DNA of 64,000 bases from a phage. Shown one piece after another: positions 37,879 through 47,579 of this stretch; within the stretch, counting starts at the first letter, position 1, and each line of letters starts with the position of its first letter. The position numbers and the translations under genes are program-made. The notes under the pieces were generated by a model. That model searched no databases. It was not told where the DNA came from and saw only the letters and a program-made list of their open reading frames with translations. The stretch is taken from assembly GCA_011911785.1 (NCBI GenBank), contig GCA_011911785.1_4084.1. One strand, 5' to 3'.

Positions 37879-39297
37879 ATGAGCATTTTAGCAATTCTGG
37901 AACAAATCAAAAAGACTTCAAGTACACTTGGTAAGAAAGCAATCCTTGAAGAAAACAAAAACAATGAAACACTCAAAAAAGTACTGAAATATACGCTAGA
38001 CCCTACTATCGTAAGTGGCTATAAGAAGCTACCAGACGCTGCTGACGTGTATCAACATATGACGTTAGATGAAGCTATTGATAAGCTAGAATGCATCTAT
38101 AAGCGTGGTGTGACGGGTAATACGGGGCGTGATTTCATTGCTTCAGTACTGGGTTCCGTATCTGAAGATGATCAGGAAGTTCTCCGTAAAATGCTCACGA
38201 AGAACCTTGATTGTGGTATTCAGGAAAAGAACTGTAATGATGTATTCGGTAAAGGCTTTATTAAAGATGAACCTTATATGCGTTGTTCATTGATTGACAA
38301 GAAAACTGCTAAGAACATCAACTTCAAAGATTATGGTTATGCCGTTGCTGAAGTTAAGATGGATGGTCAGTACTTGAACCACGTTGTTATCAATGCATCA
38401 TTAACATCCACTTCCCGTAATGGTAAGATTTATGACTTCCTCGGTTGTCGTGATGCTGAAATGGCTGGACTTGCTCATCATATTCAAAGTACAGATGAAC
38501 GTTTCAGTAGTGGTGTAGTCTTTATGGGCGAGGGTTTAGTACTGGATACTGATGGGGAAACTATTCTTCCACGTACAACTGGTAACGGCATCATTCAGAA
38601 AGCAGGTAAAGATACTATCACCCAAAACGAAGCAATGCGTACAGTATTCGTTCTCTGGGATGTAGTGCCATATGATGCTTATTGTGCTGGTATCTGGGAT
38701 GTGAAACGTAAGGAACGTCGCGAGATTCTTGAAGGTGCAATCAATGCATTAGGTAGTGAATTCGTGCGTATGGTTGGATATCGTAAGGTGAAGGATCTCA
38801 AAGAAGCCTTTGCTTACAACTCTGAACTCATGAGTTCAGGTGAAGAAGGTTCAGTACTGAAATGTGAAGATGGTATCTGGAAATCTCATACTTCTCCTAA
38901 GCAGTTGAAAATGAAATTGAAAATGCAACTGGACTTGCGTATTGTTGGTTTCAATGAAGGTGAAGGTAAGCGTAAAGGTATGCTTGGTTCTTTACAACTG
39001 GAAAGTGCTTGTGGTACACTAAAAGTAAGCGTAGGAACAGGCATTAAAGAGAAAGATGCTGAATGGACATTTAAAACCATTTGGGAAAGAATGCAAGAAC
39101 TCATTGGTAAAGTTGTTACAATTGAGTGCAATGACGTAGTATATGATAAGCGTACTGGTGAACCGTCACTATTCTTACCAGTGTTTATTGAATTTAGATT
39201 TGACAAAAACACTTGTGACGATTATACTCGTATCTTAGAAATTCGCGATAGTGCAGTTGAGGTCTTCTCAAACAGTATTATTGAATCACTTGGCTAA
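37879..39297 (+). CDS. ATP-dependent DNA ligase (T4 gp30-like)
   Basis: 472 aa; N-terminus MSILAILEQIKKTSSTLGKKAILEENKNNETLKKV parallels T4 ligase; adenylation motif AEVKMDGQY (KxDG). Confidence 0.9.
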   Translation: MSILAILEQIKKTSSTLGKKAILEENKNNETLKKVLKYTLDPTIVSGYKKLPDAADVYQHMTLDEAIDKLECIYKRGVTGNTGRDFIASVLGSVSEDDQEVLRKMLTKNLDCGIQEKNCNDVFGKGFIKDEPYMRCSLIDKKTAKNINFKDYGYAVAEVKMDGQYLNHVVINASLTSTSRNGKIYDFLGCRDAEMAGLAHHIQSTDERFSSGVVFMGEGLVLDTDGETILPRTTGNGIIQKAGKDTITQNEAMRTVFVLWDVVPYDAYCAGIWDVKRKERREILEGAINALGSEFVRMVGYRKVKDLKEAFAYNSELMSSGEEGSVLKCEDGIWKSHTSPKQLKMKLKMQLDLRIVGFNEGEGKRKGMLGSLQLESACGTLKVSVGTGIKEKDAEWTFKTIWERMQELIGKVVTIECNDVVYDKRTGEPSLFLPVFIEFRFDKNTCDDYTRILEIRDSAVEVFSNSIIESLG

Positions 39298-39316
39298 ACA
39301 TTTATTGGAGGTAATT

Positions 39317-40108
39317 ATGAAATTTGTCGTAACATCTGATGTGCACGGTGGCACTGATTACCTCCACAGTGGTGATTACAGTGATACAGTACTGATCATT
39401 GCAGGGGATTTCGATGAAGTTAAACGCAGCCGTTATCGTACTGGTATCGAATCACTGTGTAAGCAGTTCAAGAATGTAGTACTGGTTCCTGGCAACCACG
39501 AGTACTACGGTTCGAACATTTACAAAACGCATCAAGTACTGTCCGATATGCAAGATGAGTTTCCTAATTTCATCTTTTTGCAAAACAAATTTGTATGGCT
39601 GGATGGTGTTTTGCTCGTTGGTAGTACTCTGTGGACAGACTTTGACAAAGGTAATTCCATGACGAAGTTTGATGCTCGTCAGAAGATGAACGATTACAAA
39701 CACATCCGTCATGGAACAACATCCGAGCCTTGGCGTAAGAAACTGACACCAGAAGATACTGAGTTCATGCATCACAAAGATAAACAATTTATCAAAAATT
39801 CAGTTGACACAGTACGCTTAATGCAGGATAATGATTTCAAGGTCATCGTGATTACCCATCACGCACCGAGTTTTCAAAGTGTTTCACCAAAATATAAAAA
39901 CGATTCACTGAATGGTTGTTACTGTTCAGACATGGATCAGTACATTGAAGATTTGGGTGCTGATGTTTGGATTCATGGTCATGTTCATAGTAGCTTTGAT
40001 TACCACATCGGTAAGACACGTATCATTTGTAATCCAAGAGGTTACGAATCTTATAGTGGAGCTTGTGAGAATTTCGATTACAATCCTAAATTGGTATTCG
40101 AAATCTAA
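39317..40108 (+). CDS. calcineurin-like metallophosphoesterase
   Basis: Start at ATG 39317 after GGAGG RBS; TSDVHG, AGDFDE, VPGNHEY, ITHHAP, HGHVH motifs. Confidence 0.75.
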   Translation: MKFVVTSDVHGGTDYLHSGDYSDTVLIIAGDFDEVKRSRYRTGIESLCKQFKNVVLVPGNHEYYGSNIYKTHQVLSDMQDEFPNFIFLQNKFVWLDGVLLVGSTLWTDFDKGNSMTKFDARQKMNDYKHIRHGTTSEPWRKKLTPEDTEFMHHKDKQFIKNSVDTVRLMQDNDFKVIVITHHAPSFQSVSPKYKNDSLNGCYCSDMDQYIEDLGADVWIHGHVHSSFDYHIGKTRIICNPRGYESYSGACENFDYNPKLVFEI

Positions 40109-40117
40109 GGGATTACT

Positions 40118-40513
40118 ATGATATATACATTGCATACAAAAGACAAAATGATCGTAATCAATGGAAGTACTCGTATGTTCCAAAGATATGGTATGCGTCT
40201 GGTGACATATTGTGATAAAGTTCAATTCTATGATGATAAGAAAGGAATCAACTCAGTACTGAAAGATAGGTATCACTATAGTCGTGATATCCAGAGAGCA
40301 GATGATTTGGATTCTTTTAGTGGTAAAGTGTACGTTGTTGTTTGTGATGATAGTAAAGGTGATGTGTTACCTTTCAGTACTTTTGCATGTAATATGTTCT
40401 TTAGAAATGAACTCCCTGATTCATTAAGAATGATTGAGGTTGATTTTGATACCATACCATGTGGAATTCGTTTAGAATTTCTTAACGCACTGGTATCAAT
40501 TAGGGAGTACTGA
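40118..40513 (+). CDS. hypothetical protein
   Basis: 131 aa ORF. Confidence 0.55.
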   Translation: MIYTLHTKDKMIVINGSTRMFQRYGMRLVTYCDKVQFYDDKKGINSVLKDRYHYSRDIQRADDLDSFSGKVYVVVCDDSKGDVLPFSTFACNMFFRNELPDSLRMIEVDFDTIPCGIRLEFLNALVSIREY

Positions 40514-40896
40514 TGAAAATTATTACTGTGTACACAATTGTATATAATAACGAAATCAAGTACGTGTTAAATGCAAACTTACACCACACTAGAGGTGAAA
40601 CAAAGTTACAACAGAACAGTACAGAAATCTCTCACTACTGGCTGGATGATGATTCAGTTGAAGTGTATATTGATGGTCGTGCTGAATACTATGATGCAGT
40701 TTTCTTTGAAGATTTAGATAAATCGAACGAATTCTTCATTTATGTCAGTACTGACCAATATTATACGCATTCTTTGTTTGACATTACCAACACTTCTGTG
40801 TATGATACAGGTATGGTTAGGTTACTGAAGATAGACCCAACTCTGTACAACAAAGAAACAATTTACGGTTTACTAGATTTTACAAGAAAATTGTAG
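40513..40896 (+). CDS. hypothetical protein
   Basis: 127 aa ORF. Confidence 0.55.
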   Translation: MKIITVYTIVYNNEIKYVLNANLHHTRGETKLQQNSTEISHYWLDDDSVEVYIDGRAEYYDAVFFEDLDKSNEFFIYVSTDQYYTHSLFDITNTSVYDTGMVRLLKIDPTLYNKETIYGLLDFTRKL

Positions 40897-40921
40897 ACAA
40901 ATACGAACACTGTGATATAAT
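40894..40921 (+). promoter_or_regulatory. sigma70-like promoter with extended -10
   Basis: TAGACA (40894-40899), 16-nt spacer, TGATATAAT (TATAAT 40916-40921); about 35 nt upstream of ClpP-like gene. Confidence 0.55.
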
Positions 40922-40956
40922 ACTCACATCAATGAAACAATAGAGGAAAATATACA

Positions 40957-41652
40957 ATGACTCAACAATTTATGTTTGGTGGTTATGCGAATGGTGAAAC
41001 AACTAACATTTCAATTCCATATGTAGTTGAAAAAGTTAATGGCAACGAACGTACTTATGATCTAGCATCTCGTATGATGCAAGACCGTATCATTTTCCTT
41101 GATACTGATTTCAACGACCAGATGGCACATATCATCAAGCAACAATTGGTGTGGTTGGATTCTCAAGGTTCTGAACCAATTACTCTTTATATTTCCTCGC
41201 CGGGTGGTAGTGTTCATGCAGGTTTGGGTATTTCTGATATTGCTAAATCTTGTGTATCACCAATCCGCACAGTAGTGATGGGTTATGCAGCATCAATGGG
41301 TTGCTACACACAATCAGTAGTGGGTACTAAAGGTTATCGTCTTGGTGGTAAACGCTCGTACTTTATGTGTCACCAAGTAAGTTCTGGTACACAAGGTCTG
41401 ATCACTGATCAGAAAATTGCACTAAAACACTCTGATGCATTGAACACATTGCTGACGAAAGAAATCGCTGAAGCTGTAGGTGTTTCTCATGAAAAACTAC
41501 TAGAAGATGCGGACCGCGATTTGTGGTTGAGTGCAGATGAAGCACTTGAGTATGGTGAACTTGGATTTATCGATGGTATTATCCTTGGTCCACGTAATGA
41601 AAAAGGTCAATACCTAGTTAAACGTCGCGGTGGCGTGGAAGAGTGGGTATAA
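40957..41652 (+). CDS. ClpP-family serine protease
   Basis: 231 aa; RIIFL, YISSPGGSV, GYAASMGC (Ser), FMCHQV (His) in ClpP order. Confidence 0.85.
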   Translation: MTQQFMFGGYANGETTNISIPYVVEKVNGNERTYDLASRMMQDRIIFLDTDFNDQMAHIIKQQLVWLDSQGSEPITLYISSPGGSVHAGLGISDIAKSCVSPIRTVVMGYAASMGCYTQSVVGTKGYRLGGKRSYFMCHQVSSGTQGLITDQKIALKHSDALNTLLTKEIAEAVGVSHEKLLEDADRDLWLSADEALEYGELGFIDGIILGPRNEKGQYLVKRRGGVEEWV

Positions 41653-41679
41653 TTCAGTACTAAAAACTTAAAATATATT

Positions 41680-41704
41680 ATGCCTCACTATGTGGGGCAT
41701 TTTC
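41680..41704 (+). terminator. rho-independent terminator
   Basis: Stem ATGCCTCAC/GTGGGGCAT (one wobble) then TTTT. Confidence 0.5.
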
Positions 41705-41716
41705 TAAGGAGTTAAA

Positions 41717-42010
41717 ATGTCAAAGAAACTTGTACGAAACTCTAGCACTGAAGAAGTTGAAATTCTTGATGATTCGGAATTCATCAGTACTGCACTAGAG
41801 CAGATCAGTACTCAAGCGTTAGCACTAAAAGACATTAATGAATCAGAAGACCTACTGGTTGGTATGGCTGAAATTCTTGAATTGATGCAAGAAGTTCTTA
41901 TGAAGAACAATATTAAACCAATTGATGCAGTGCAATATGCTGCAAATTTGCGAGCCGAACACGGTTCATTCAACGAGAAAAAAGCTGTCAGCACAGAAGA
42001 TAAGGAATAA
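41717..42010 (+). CDS. hypothetical acidic protein
   Basis: 97 aa ORF. Confidence 0.55.
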   Translation: MSKKLVRNSSTEEVEILDDSEFISTALEQISTQALALKDINESEDLLVGMAEILELMQEVLMKNNIKPIDAVQYAANLRAEHGSFNEKKAVSTEDKE

Positions 42011-42015
42011 TACAA

Positions 42016-42461
42016 TGGCTAATGAACAACACAAAGAAGGTTATGACGCGTTTAAAAACAAAGTAGTTTTTAACAATGAACAGCTAAAATCACAGCACCC
42101 ACTATTCCGTCAAGGCTATCGTGCTGCACAAGCTGACGCAATGAAGAAAAACAATGTAACCTTCCCAACTACATTGTTTGATATTCCTAAACGTCCTGAA
42201 GTGTTTAAGGCTGATTGGACTGATATTATGGCAGCAACTAAACGACCACGTTTTGCAAAACTACATACCGACGAAGGTAAATGGCTGCTAATGGGTATCA
42301 TGAAAGCTGTTGAAAAACGTGCACATACTATTGTCCGTTATCGTGATGTTGTTACTATGGTAGATGAAGCATTTGATATTGTACTTCAGTACGGCTACGA
42401 TGAAGGTGTATTAACTGTTGAAGATTGTCAACAATATAACTATACACCGACCGAAAAGTGA
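42016..42461 (+). CDS. hypothetical protein
   Basis: Start moved to ATG 42016 (MANEQHK) with AAGGAA RBS; track start 41922 overlaps upstream gene. Confidence 0.55.
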
Positions 42462-42471
42462 TTAAATAAAT

Positions 42472-42493
42472 GGGAGTCATTGTACTCCCTTTT
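42472..42493 (+). terminator. rho-independent terminator
   Basis: Stem GGGAGT/ACTCCC, loop CATTGT, then TTTT. Confidence 0.65.
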
Positions 42494-42510
42494 CGCATAG
42501 GTAAATTTAT

Positions 42511-42864
42511 ATGAGTAAAGTTTACATTTCTGTTGATATGGATTATTCATCTGATCCTATATGGACTTCTAAAACAGGAGACTATTGGATTAATGATGAT
42601 CTTGATGGATACAAAAAACTTTTTAGTGCAGGTTTAATGCATAGCTTGTATGTTTACCAGCAAATTTGGGAGGCATCCAATTGGAGTTCATATCTGTCAC
42701 CATCGGATATGATAAATGTGGAAGCACCTGGGATGTTTATGATCCAACAAGCATCACATATATTAAGTCAAGCTTGTGCAGTACAAATAAAGAAGGAGTT
42801 TCCTGACTGGCACGTCTTTTATTGGTGCGACGCAAGTAACACTAGGAAGGAGGTAATACTTTAA
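42511..42864 (+). CDS. hypothetical protein
   Basis: 117 aa ORF. Confidence 0.55.
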   Translation: MSKVYISVDMDYSSDPIWTSKTGDYWINDDLDGYKKLFSAGLMHSLYVYQQIWEASNWSSYLSPSDMINVEAPGMFMIQQASHILSQACAVQIKKEFPDWHVFYWCDASNTRKEVIL

Positions 42865-43373
42865 TGATCTTTAAAATCACTAAAGAAAGCAGTATTGAGT
42901 TCTCAAAAAATATGTTTTTAATAAATGAGTACGCAAAAAATATCAGTACTGAAGCAATAGAAATAACCAAGAAATGGTACGATAATTATTTGAATACAAG
43001 AAAATGGTATCATAAAATTAATGATTACCAGTGGTTTCTTACTACTATAACTGAGGGAGATGGACTAGTATTAAGATATAATTGTATGAATTTTAATTAC
43101 ATTGGACTTGATTTCAATTCAACAATTGTTGGTATGGATATTAAAAAAATTAGAAAATTAACATCAATCAATACTAAGGAAATATATGAAGAATCGGGTA
43201 AAGTTTGGGAAGCTGTAACATTTATGATTAAGCACTCGTCATTTATGTATAGAAATTATGATATTAGTATGGATTTACAAGGTCGTAATATCCCATATAC
43301 TTTAGATGAAAAACAATATCATCACATGAAAATGTGTGAAGAGATGGTTGAATCTTTAAAATTAAAGGAGTGA
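42864..43373 (+). CDS. hypothetical protein
   Basis: 169 aa ORF. Confidence 0.55.
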   Translation: MIFKITKESSIEFSKNMFLINEYAKNISTEAIEITKKWYDNYLNTRKWYHKINDYQWFLTTITEGDGLVLRYNCMNFNYIGLDFNSTIVGMDIKKIRKLTSINTKEIYEESGKVWEAVTFMIKHSSFMYRNYDISMDLQGRNIPYTLDEKQYHHMKMCEEMVESLKLKE

Positions 43374-43374
43374 T

Positions 43375-43896
43375 ATGAACTATAATCAATTATCACAAGA
43401 AGATACTGATATTTGGCTAAAGAACGTAAACAATACGTTGGAACTTGTGCGACAATGTATTTCGGAAGCTGACCGTGTATCAGACGAAGCTAAAGAAAAA
43501 ACATACAAACACTTTCACCGTAATATCTTCATGAAAATTTATGCACTTACTATGTATAATATGTACAAACCATCTGATATTTTTATTGGGTTGTATAGTG
43601 GGGCGATGTTCACATTAGGTGGGATTTTTTCAGATACTGGTCGCACATTAGAACAAAACGAAAAAGATGTTATCGTGGCAGTTGATAAGATTATGAATAA
43701 GGAAGTAGATTTCATTCTGGAAATCGTTCGTTGCTGGAATGTTTATAGCTCAAAACCATTTGACATTACACAGAAAGATATAGTAGACTATATGCGTATT
43801 TTACGTACACATCAGATCTGTAAAGAACTATTAACCAATTTAGGGACATATGATGAAACATACAACGTGGTTGAAGATAGCCAGTGTCGTTGCTGA
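43375..43896 (+). CDS. hypothetical protein
   Basis: 173 aa ORF. Confidence 0.55.
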   Translation: MNYNQLSQEDTDIWLKNVNNTLELVRQCISEADRVSDEAKEKTYKHFHRNIFMKIYALTMYNMYKPSDIFIGLYSGAMFTLGGIFSDTGRTLEQNEKDVIVAVDKIMNKEVDFILEIVRCWNVYSSKPFDITQKDIVDYMRILRTHQICKELLTNLGTYDETYNVVEDSQCRC

Positions 43897-44332
43897 GGAA
43901 AGTAAGTGTCTTTCCCAGAAAGTAGGTTGTGTTATTGTAAAGAATAACCGAGTATTGAGTACTGGATATAACGGTACACCATCAAAGCAACCTAACTGTT
44001 GTGATGTTAATAAACATCTCGTAAACAATGGTCAGTTTCAGGATTGGATTGATGAAGATGCAAAACACTTACATCACGAGTGGAGCAACATTCATGAGAT
44101 CCATGCGGAAATGAATGCATTACTATATAGTTCACCACAAGAACGTCAGGGTGCAACACTTTACACCACACTCCAACCGTGCTATACTTGTTCTAAGTTA
44201 ATCGCTGGTAGTGGTATTTCTCGTGTAATTTACGAAAAATCGTATCCTCGCACTCCACCAGAAGCTATTAAAGTACTGGAAGATGCTGGGATTATTGTAA
44301 ATTGTATCTATGATAATGGACTCAATAAATGA
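43853..44332 (+). CDS. cd: dCMP deaminase (cytidine/deoxycytidylate deaminase family)
   Basis: N-terminus MKHTTWLKIASVVAEESKC parallels T4 Cd; zinc motifs HAEMNAL and PCYTCSKLI; start 43853 or 43850. Confidence 0.85.
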   Translation: MKHTTWLKIASVVAEESKCLSQKVGCVIVKNNRVLSTGYNGTPSKQPNCCDVNKHLVNNGQFQDWIDEDAKHLHHEWSNIHEIHAEMNALLYSSPQERQGATLYTTLQPCYTCSKLIAGSGISRVIYEKSYPRTPPEAIKVLEDAGIIVNCIYDNGLNK

Positions 44333-44589
44333 CAATGGTATATTTGTTTCTAGGTTGTATTGTTATATTTGTATTGTTTGCTATCTATTGTTTAGTTGAT
44401 ACTGATTATTCAATGCGTGGTAATAAGAATTATCAAGTACGTTTTTCCCCGCATAATAACAAGTACTACATTGTGAATGTTATCCACACTACTGGTCGTG
44501 AAATGAAAGTAACTGGTAGATTTGGCTTTACAATTTACTATGATAACCAAATTGATGTTGATTATGTTGTTGAAAAGTTAAATAAATGA
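44329..44589 (+). CDS. small membrane protein
   Basis: 86 aa with N-terminal hydrophobic helix. Confidence 0.5.
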   Translation: MTMVYLFLGCIVIFVLFAIYCLVDTDYSMRGNKNYQVRFSPHNNKYYIVNVIHTTGREMKVTGRFGFTIYYDNQIDVDYVVEKLNK

Positions 44590-44594
44590 GAAAA

Positions 44595-44616
44595 GGAGCC
44601 TATGGCTCCTTTTTTA
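44595..44616. terminator. terminator between convergent genes
   Basis: Stem GGAGCC/GGCTCC, loop TAT, then TTTTTTATT. Confidence 0.65.
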
Positions 44617-44991
44617 TTATGCTTTTTTACGTAGGATGTATTGTCCATTATGTAATTTAATTTTGTGAATCATGTACATAGTGCAAAACCCTTCAATACC
44701 TGCTTCTTCATCTTTCAATTTAATGAAGAAAGTATTATCTCTTAGGCTTTCTACAAGGCTTTCATCTGAATCTTCGAAATTCATGATATATGAATCTTTA
44801 TTTCTATACACCATCTGAACATATTCATAAACCTTACCGCTTTCATCGATTAGATCATAAGTATGTGCTGAACGTTGTTTTAAAATATATAGTTTACCAA
44901 GAATAGCTGCTCCATTAATTTTAGCACCAGTAATTTCGATACCATTAATAGAAAAAGGAAGTCTTCCGGTTAATGCAATTGGTTTACCCAT
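44617..44991 (-). CDS. stand-alone copy of the N-terminal module shared by the giant Ig-like proteins
   Basis: Start set at ATG 44991 (GGAG RBS upstream; MGKPIALTGRLPFSING parallels MKAISSEGKLPFGIGG and MKPIAGLDQFPFVIGG). Confidence 0.6.
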   Translation of the reverse strand: MGKPIALTGRLPFSINGIEITGAKINGAAILGKLYILKQRSAHTYDLIDESGKVYEYVQMVYRNKDSYIMNFEDSDESLVESLRDNTFFIKLKDEEAGIEGFCTMYMIHKIKLHNGQYILRKKA

Positions 44992-45048
44992 TATTATACT
45001 TCTCCAAGTAAAGTGCATGAAAATTATCATGCACTATATTATTAAAAA

Positions 45049-47475
45049 TTAAGCACTGATTGTTACAGTTGCAGTATCAGTTTTATTGCCATTCGCAGTA
45101 GTCACTGTAATGACTACAGTACCTTCTTCTAGAGCAGTTACTAATCCATCATCACTAATAGATACTTTAGTAGGTTCATCTGCACTATAAGTTACTGATT
45201 TGTTAGTTGCGTTAGCTGGAAGAACTTCTGGAACTAGTTGAACTGTTTTAGTACCTGATAGTGAAAGATCAGTGGCTTTAGGTGTTAAACCAACGCTGGA
45301 TACTGGTACTGGAATATTAACAGTTACAGCACATTTTGCAGTTTTTGCACCATCAGTAGTTTTTACAGTGATATCAGCAGTACCGTTTGCAACAGCAGTG
45401 ATTAAACCACTTGCACTAACAGTTGCGACACCAGCAGCAGAAGTACTATAAGTTACTGCTTTGTTAGTTGCATTAGCTGGTAGTACAGTTGGTGTTAGTT
45501 GTTGAGTTGCACCAACAGATGTTAAAGTTGCTGTTGTTGGAGAAACAGAAACACTAGCTACAGGAACTGGGATTGACACAGTAATGACACCTTGACCTGT
45601 TTTACCACTTCCATCAGCGGCAGTTGCGATAATGTTTGCAGTACCGTTAGTTAACGCAGTTACAACACCAGTACTAGCATCAACTTTCGCTACAGCAGGT
45701 GCACTAGAAGACCATGTTACAGCTTTATTAGTTGCGTTAGCTGGAAGAACTTCAGCAGCCATTGCTTGAGTTGCGTTAACAGCAGTCAATGTTTTAGTTG
45801 CTGGTGTAACATTAATAGTTGTTACTGGAACTGGAATTGCTACAGTTACTGCACAAACCGCAGTTTTTGCACCATCAGCGGTTGTTACGGTGATGTTAGC
45901 AGTGCCATTTGCTACAGCAGTTATCAATCCTGAAGTGCTAACAGTTGCTACACCCGCATTAGAAGTACTATAAGTTACTGCTTTATTGGTTGCATTAGTT
46001 GGTGCAACCGATGGTGTTAGTTGTTGTGTTGCACCAACAGATTTTAAAGTTGCTGTTGTTGGAGAAACAGAAACACCAGTTACTGGTACTGGAATATTAA
46101 CAGTTACAGCACAAACTTTACTAAAGCCACCATCAGCAGTAGTAGCCGTGATATTAGCAGTGCCATTCGCTACCGCAGTGATTAAACCACTTGTACTAAC
46201 GGTTGCAACACCAGCAGCAGAAGTTGCGTATGTTACTGCTTTGTTACGAGCATTAGCTGGTAGAACAGTTGCAGTTAATTGCTGTGTTGCACCAACAGAA
46301 GTTAATGAAGCGGTTGCAGGTGTTAGGTTAATACCAGTTACTGGGATCGTCACATCAATAATTGATTGTGCGGTTTTTTCACCATCAATAGTTGTTACGG
46401 TAATAGTGGCAGTACCATTATTAACAGAAGTTACTAAACCGTCATCATCAACTTCTGCTACTGTAGGTGCAGAAGATTCATAACGAACTTCCTGATTTGA
46501 TGCAGTTCTTGGTAGTACCGTTGCTGTTAATGGTTCATTTGCACCAATAGTAGTGAATGTATATGTTTCAGGTGTTAACGTAACACCAGTTACTGCTGTT
46601 TGAACTTTAATAGAAGAAGTATCAGTAAATGAACCATCTTCAGATGTTGCAGTAATAGTAACATCACCATTGGATACACCTGTTACCAACCCAGAATCTT
46701 TATCAACTGTTGCAACGGATGGAGCAGATGAAGTCCATGTAACTTTCTTGTCTGTTGCTGAGGCCGGAGTAACTTCAGCTAACAATTGTTGAGTTGCCCC
46801 AACGTTTACAGTTGCAGTTTTAGGAGAAACGGTAACACCAGTAACACCAGTACTGACAACGATAGAACACACATCTGTGAAATCACCATCGTGAGTTGTT
46901 ACGGTTACATCAGCATTGCCATTTGCAAGTGCAGTTGCTAGACCTGTTTGAGCATCAACTTCAACGATTGTAGGAGCAGATGAAGAGTAGGTTACGGTCT
47001 TGTCTTTTGCATTAGATGGAACTACTTGGGCTGATAGTTGTTTTGTTGCACCAACTTTAAGAGATGCATCTTTGGGTGTAATTACAACACCAGTTACGGG
47101 GATATCAGCATTAACATAATCGCGTTTTACGATACGACCATTATTTAATTTAATAACACGACCCATATAAAGCATAGTATATCCCATACTAATACCATCA
47201 TCAACATAGATCATGAATGAATTGTCTTGAACCATATTAATTGCGTCTGCTGGCTCAACAGAATTTGGAATGTCGATACCACGAGTATCATACCAACGCA
47301 TGGAAACTTTGTAATAGATATCACCATTATCATTGATGAGATCATACACGTTACCGGAACGTTGACGGTTAATATATAAAGTTTCGGTTAACACCTTACC
47401 ATCGATTTTAGCGACAGAAACTTTAATACCACCAATACCAAAAGGCAATTTACCTTCACTAGATATTGCTTTCAT
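45049..47475 (-). CDS. virion surface/fiber-like protein with tandem bacterial Ig-like (Big_2-type) domains
   Basis: 808 aa; conserved N-terminal ~125 aa module, then about 8 repeats of ...VTGV.V.P.TAT...GATQQL.A.V.P..AT.K.VT..SS...VATV... Confidence 0.8.
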   Translation of the reverse strand: MKAISSEGKLPFGIGGIKVSVAKIDGKVLTETLYINRQRSGNVYDLINDNGDIYYKVSMRWYDTRGIDIPNSVEPADAINMVQDNSFMIYVDDGISMGYTMLYMGRVIKLNNGRIVKRDYVNADIPVTGVVITPKDASLKVGATKQLSAQVVPSNAKDKTVTYSSSAPTIVEVDAQTGLATALANGNADVTVTTHDGDFTDVCSIVVSTGVTGVTVSPKTATVNVGATQQLLAEVTPASATDKKVTWTSSAPSVATVDKDSGLVTGVSNGDVTITATSEDGSFTDTSSIKVQTAVTGVTLTPETYTFTTIGANEPLTATVLPRTASNQEVRYESSAPTVAEVDDDGLVTSVNNGTATITVTTIDGEKTAQSIIDVTIPVTGINLTPATASLTSVGATQQLTATVLPANARNKAVTYATSAAGVATVSTSGLITAVANGTANITATTADGGFSKVCAVTVNIPVPVTGVSVSPTTATLKSVGATQQLTPSVAPTNATNKAVTYSTSNAGVATVSTSGLITAVANGTANITVTTADGAKTAVCAVTVAIPVPVTTINVTPATKTLTAVNATQAMAAEVLPANATNKAVTWSSSAPAVAKVDASTGVVTALTNGTANIIATAADGSGKTGQGVITVSIPVPVASVSVSPTTATLTSVGATQQLTPTVLPANATNKAVTYSTSAAGVATVSASGLITAVANGTADITVKTTDGAKTAKCAVTVNIPVPVSSVGLTPKATDLSLSGTKTVQLVPEVLPANATNKSVTYSADEPTKVSISDDGLVTALEEGTVVITVTTANGNKTDTATVTISA

Positions 47476-47511
47476 ATACTTTCCTTTATAAATTGTATTG
47501 TAGTGTTATAT

Positions 47512-47519
47512 TATTTATA
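47512..47519 (-). promoter_or_regulatory. T4-type late promoter (TATAAATA)
   Basis: Minus strand reads TATAAATA about 37 nt upstream of ATG at 47475. Confidence 0.4.
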
Positions 47520-47542
47520 TTATACCAAAAGTATTTTAGGAT

Positions 47543-47567
47543 TAAAAAAAGGAGTCCGAAGACTCCT
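47543..47567 (-). terminator. rho-independent terminator (minus strand)
   Basis: On minus strand: hairpin AGGAGTC-TTCG-GACTCCT followed by T7; lies downstream of gene 47580..49283. Confidence 0.6.
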
Positions 47568-47579
47568 TAAAATATAAAG

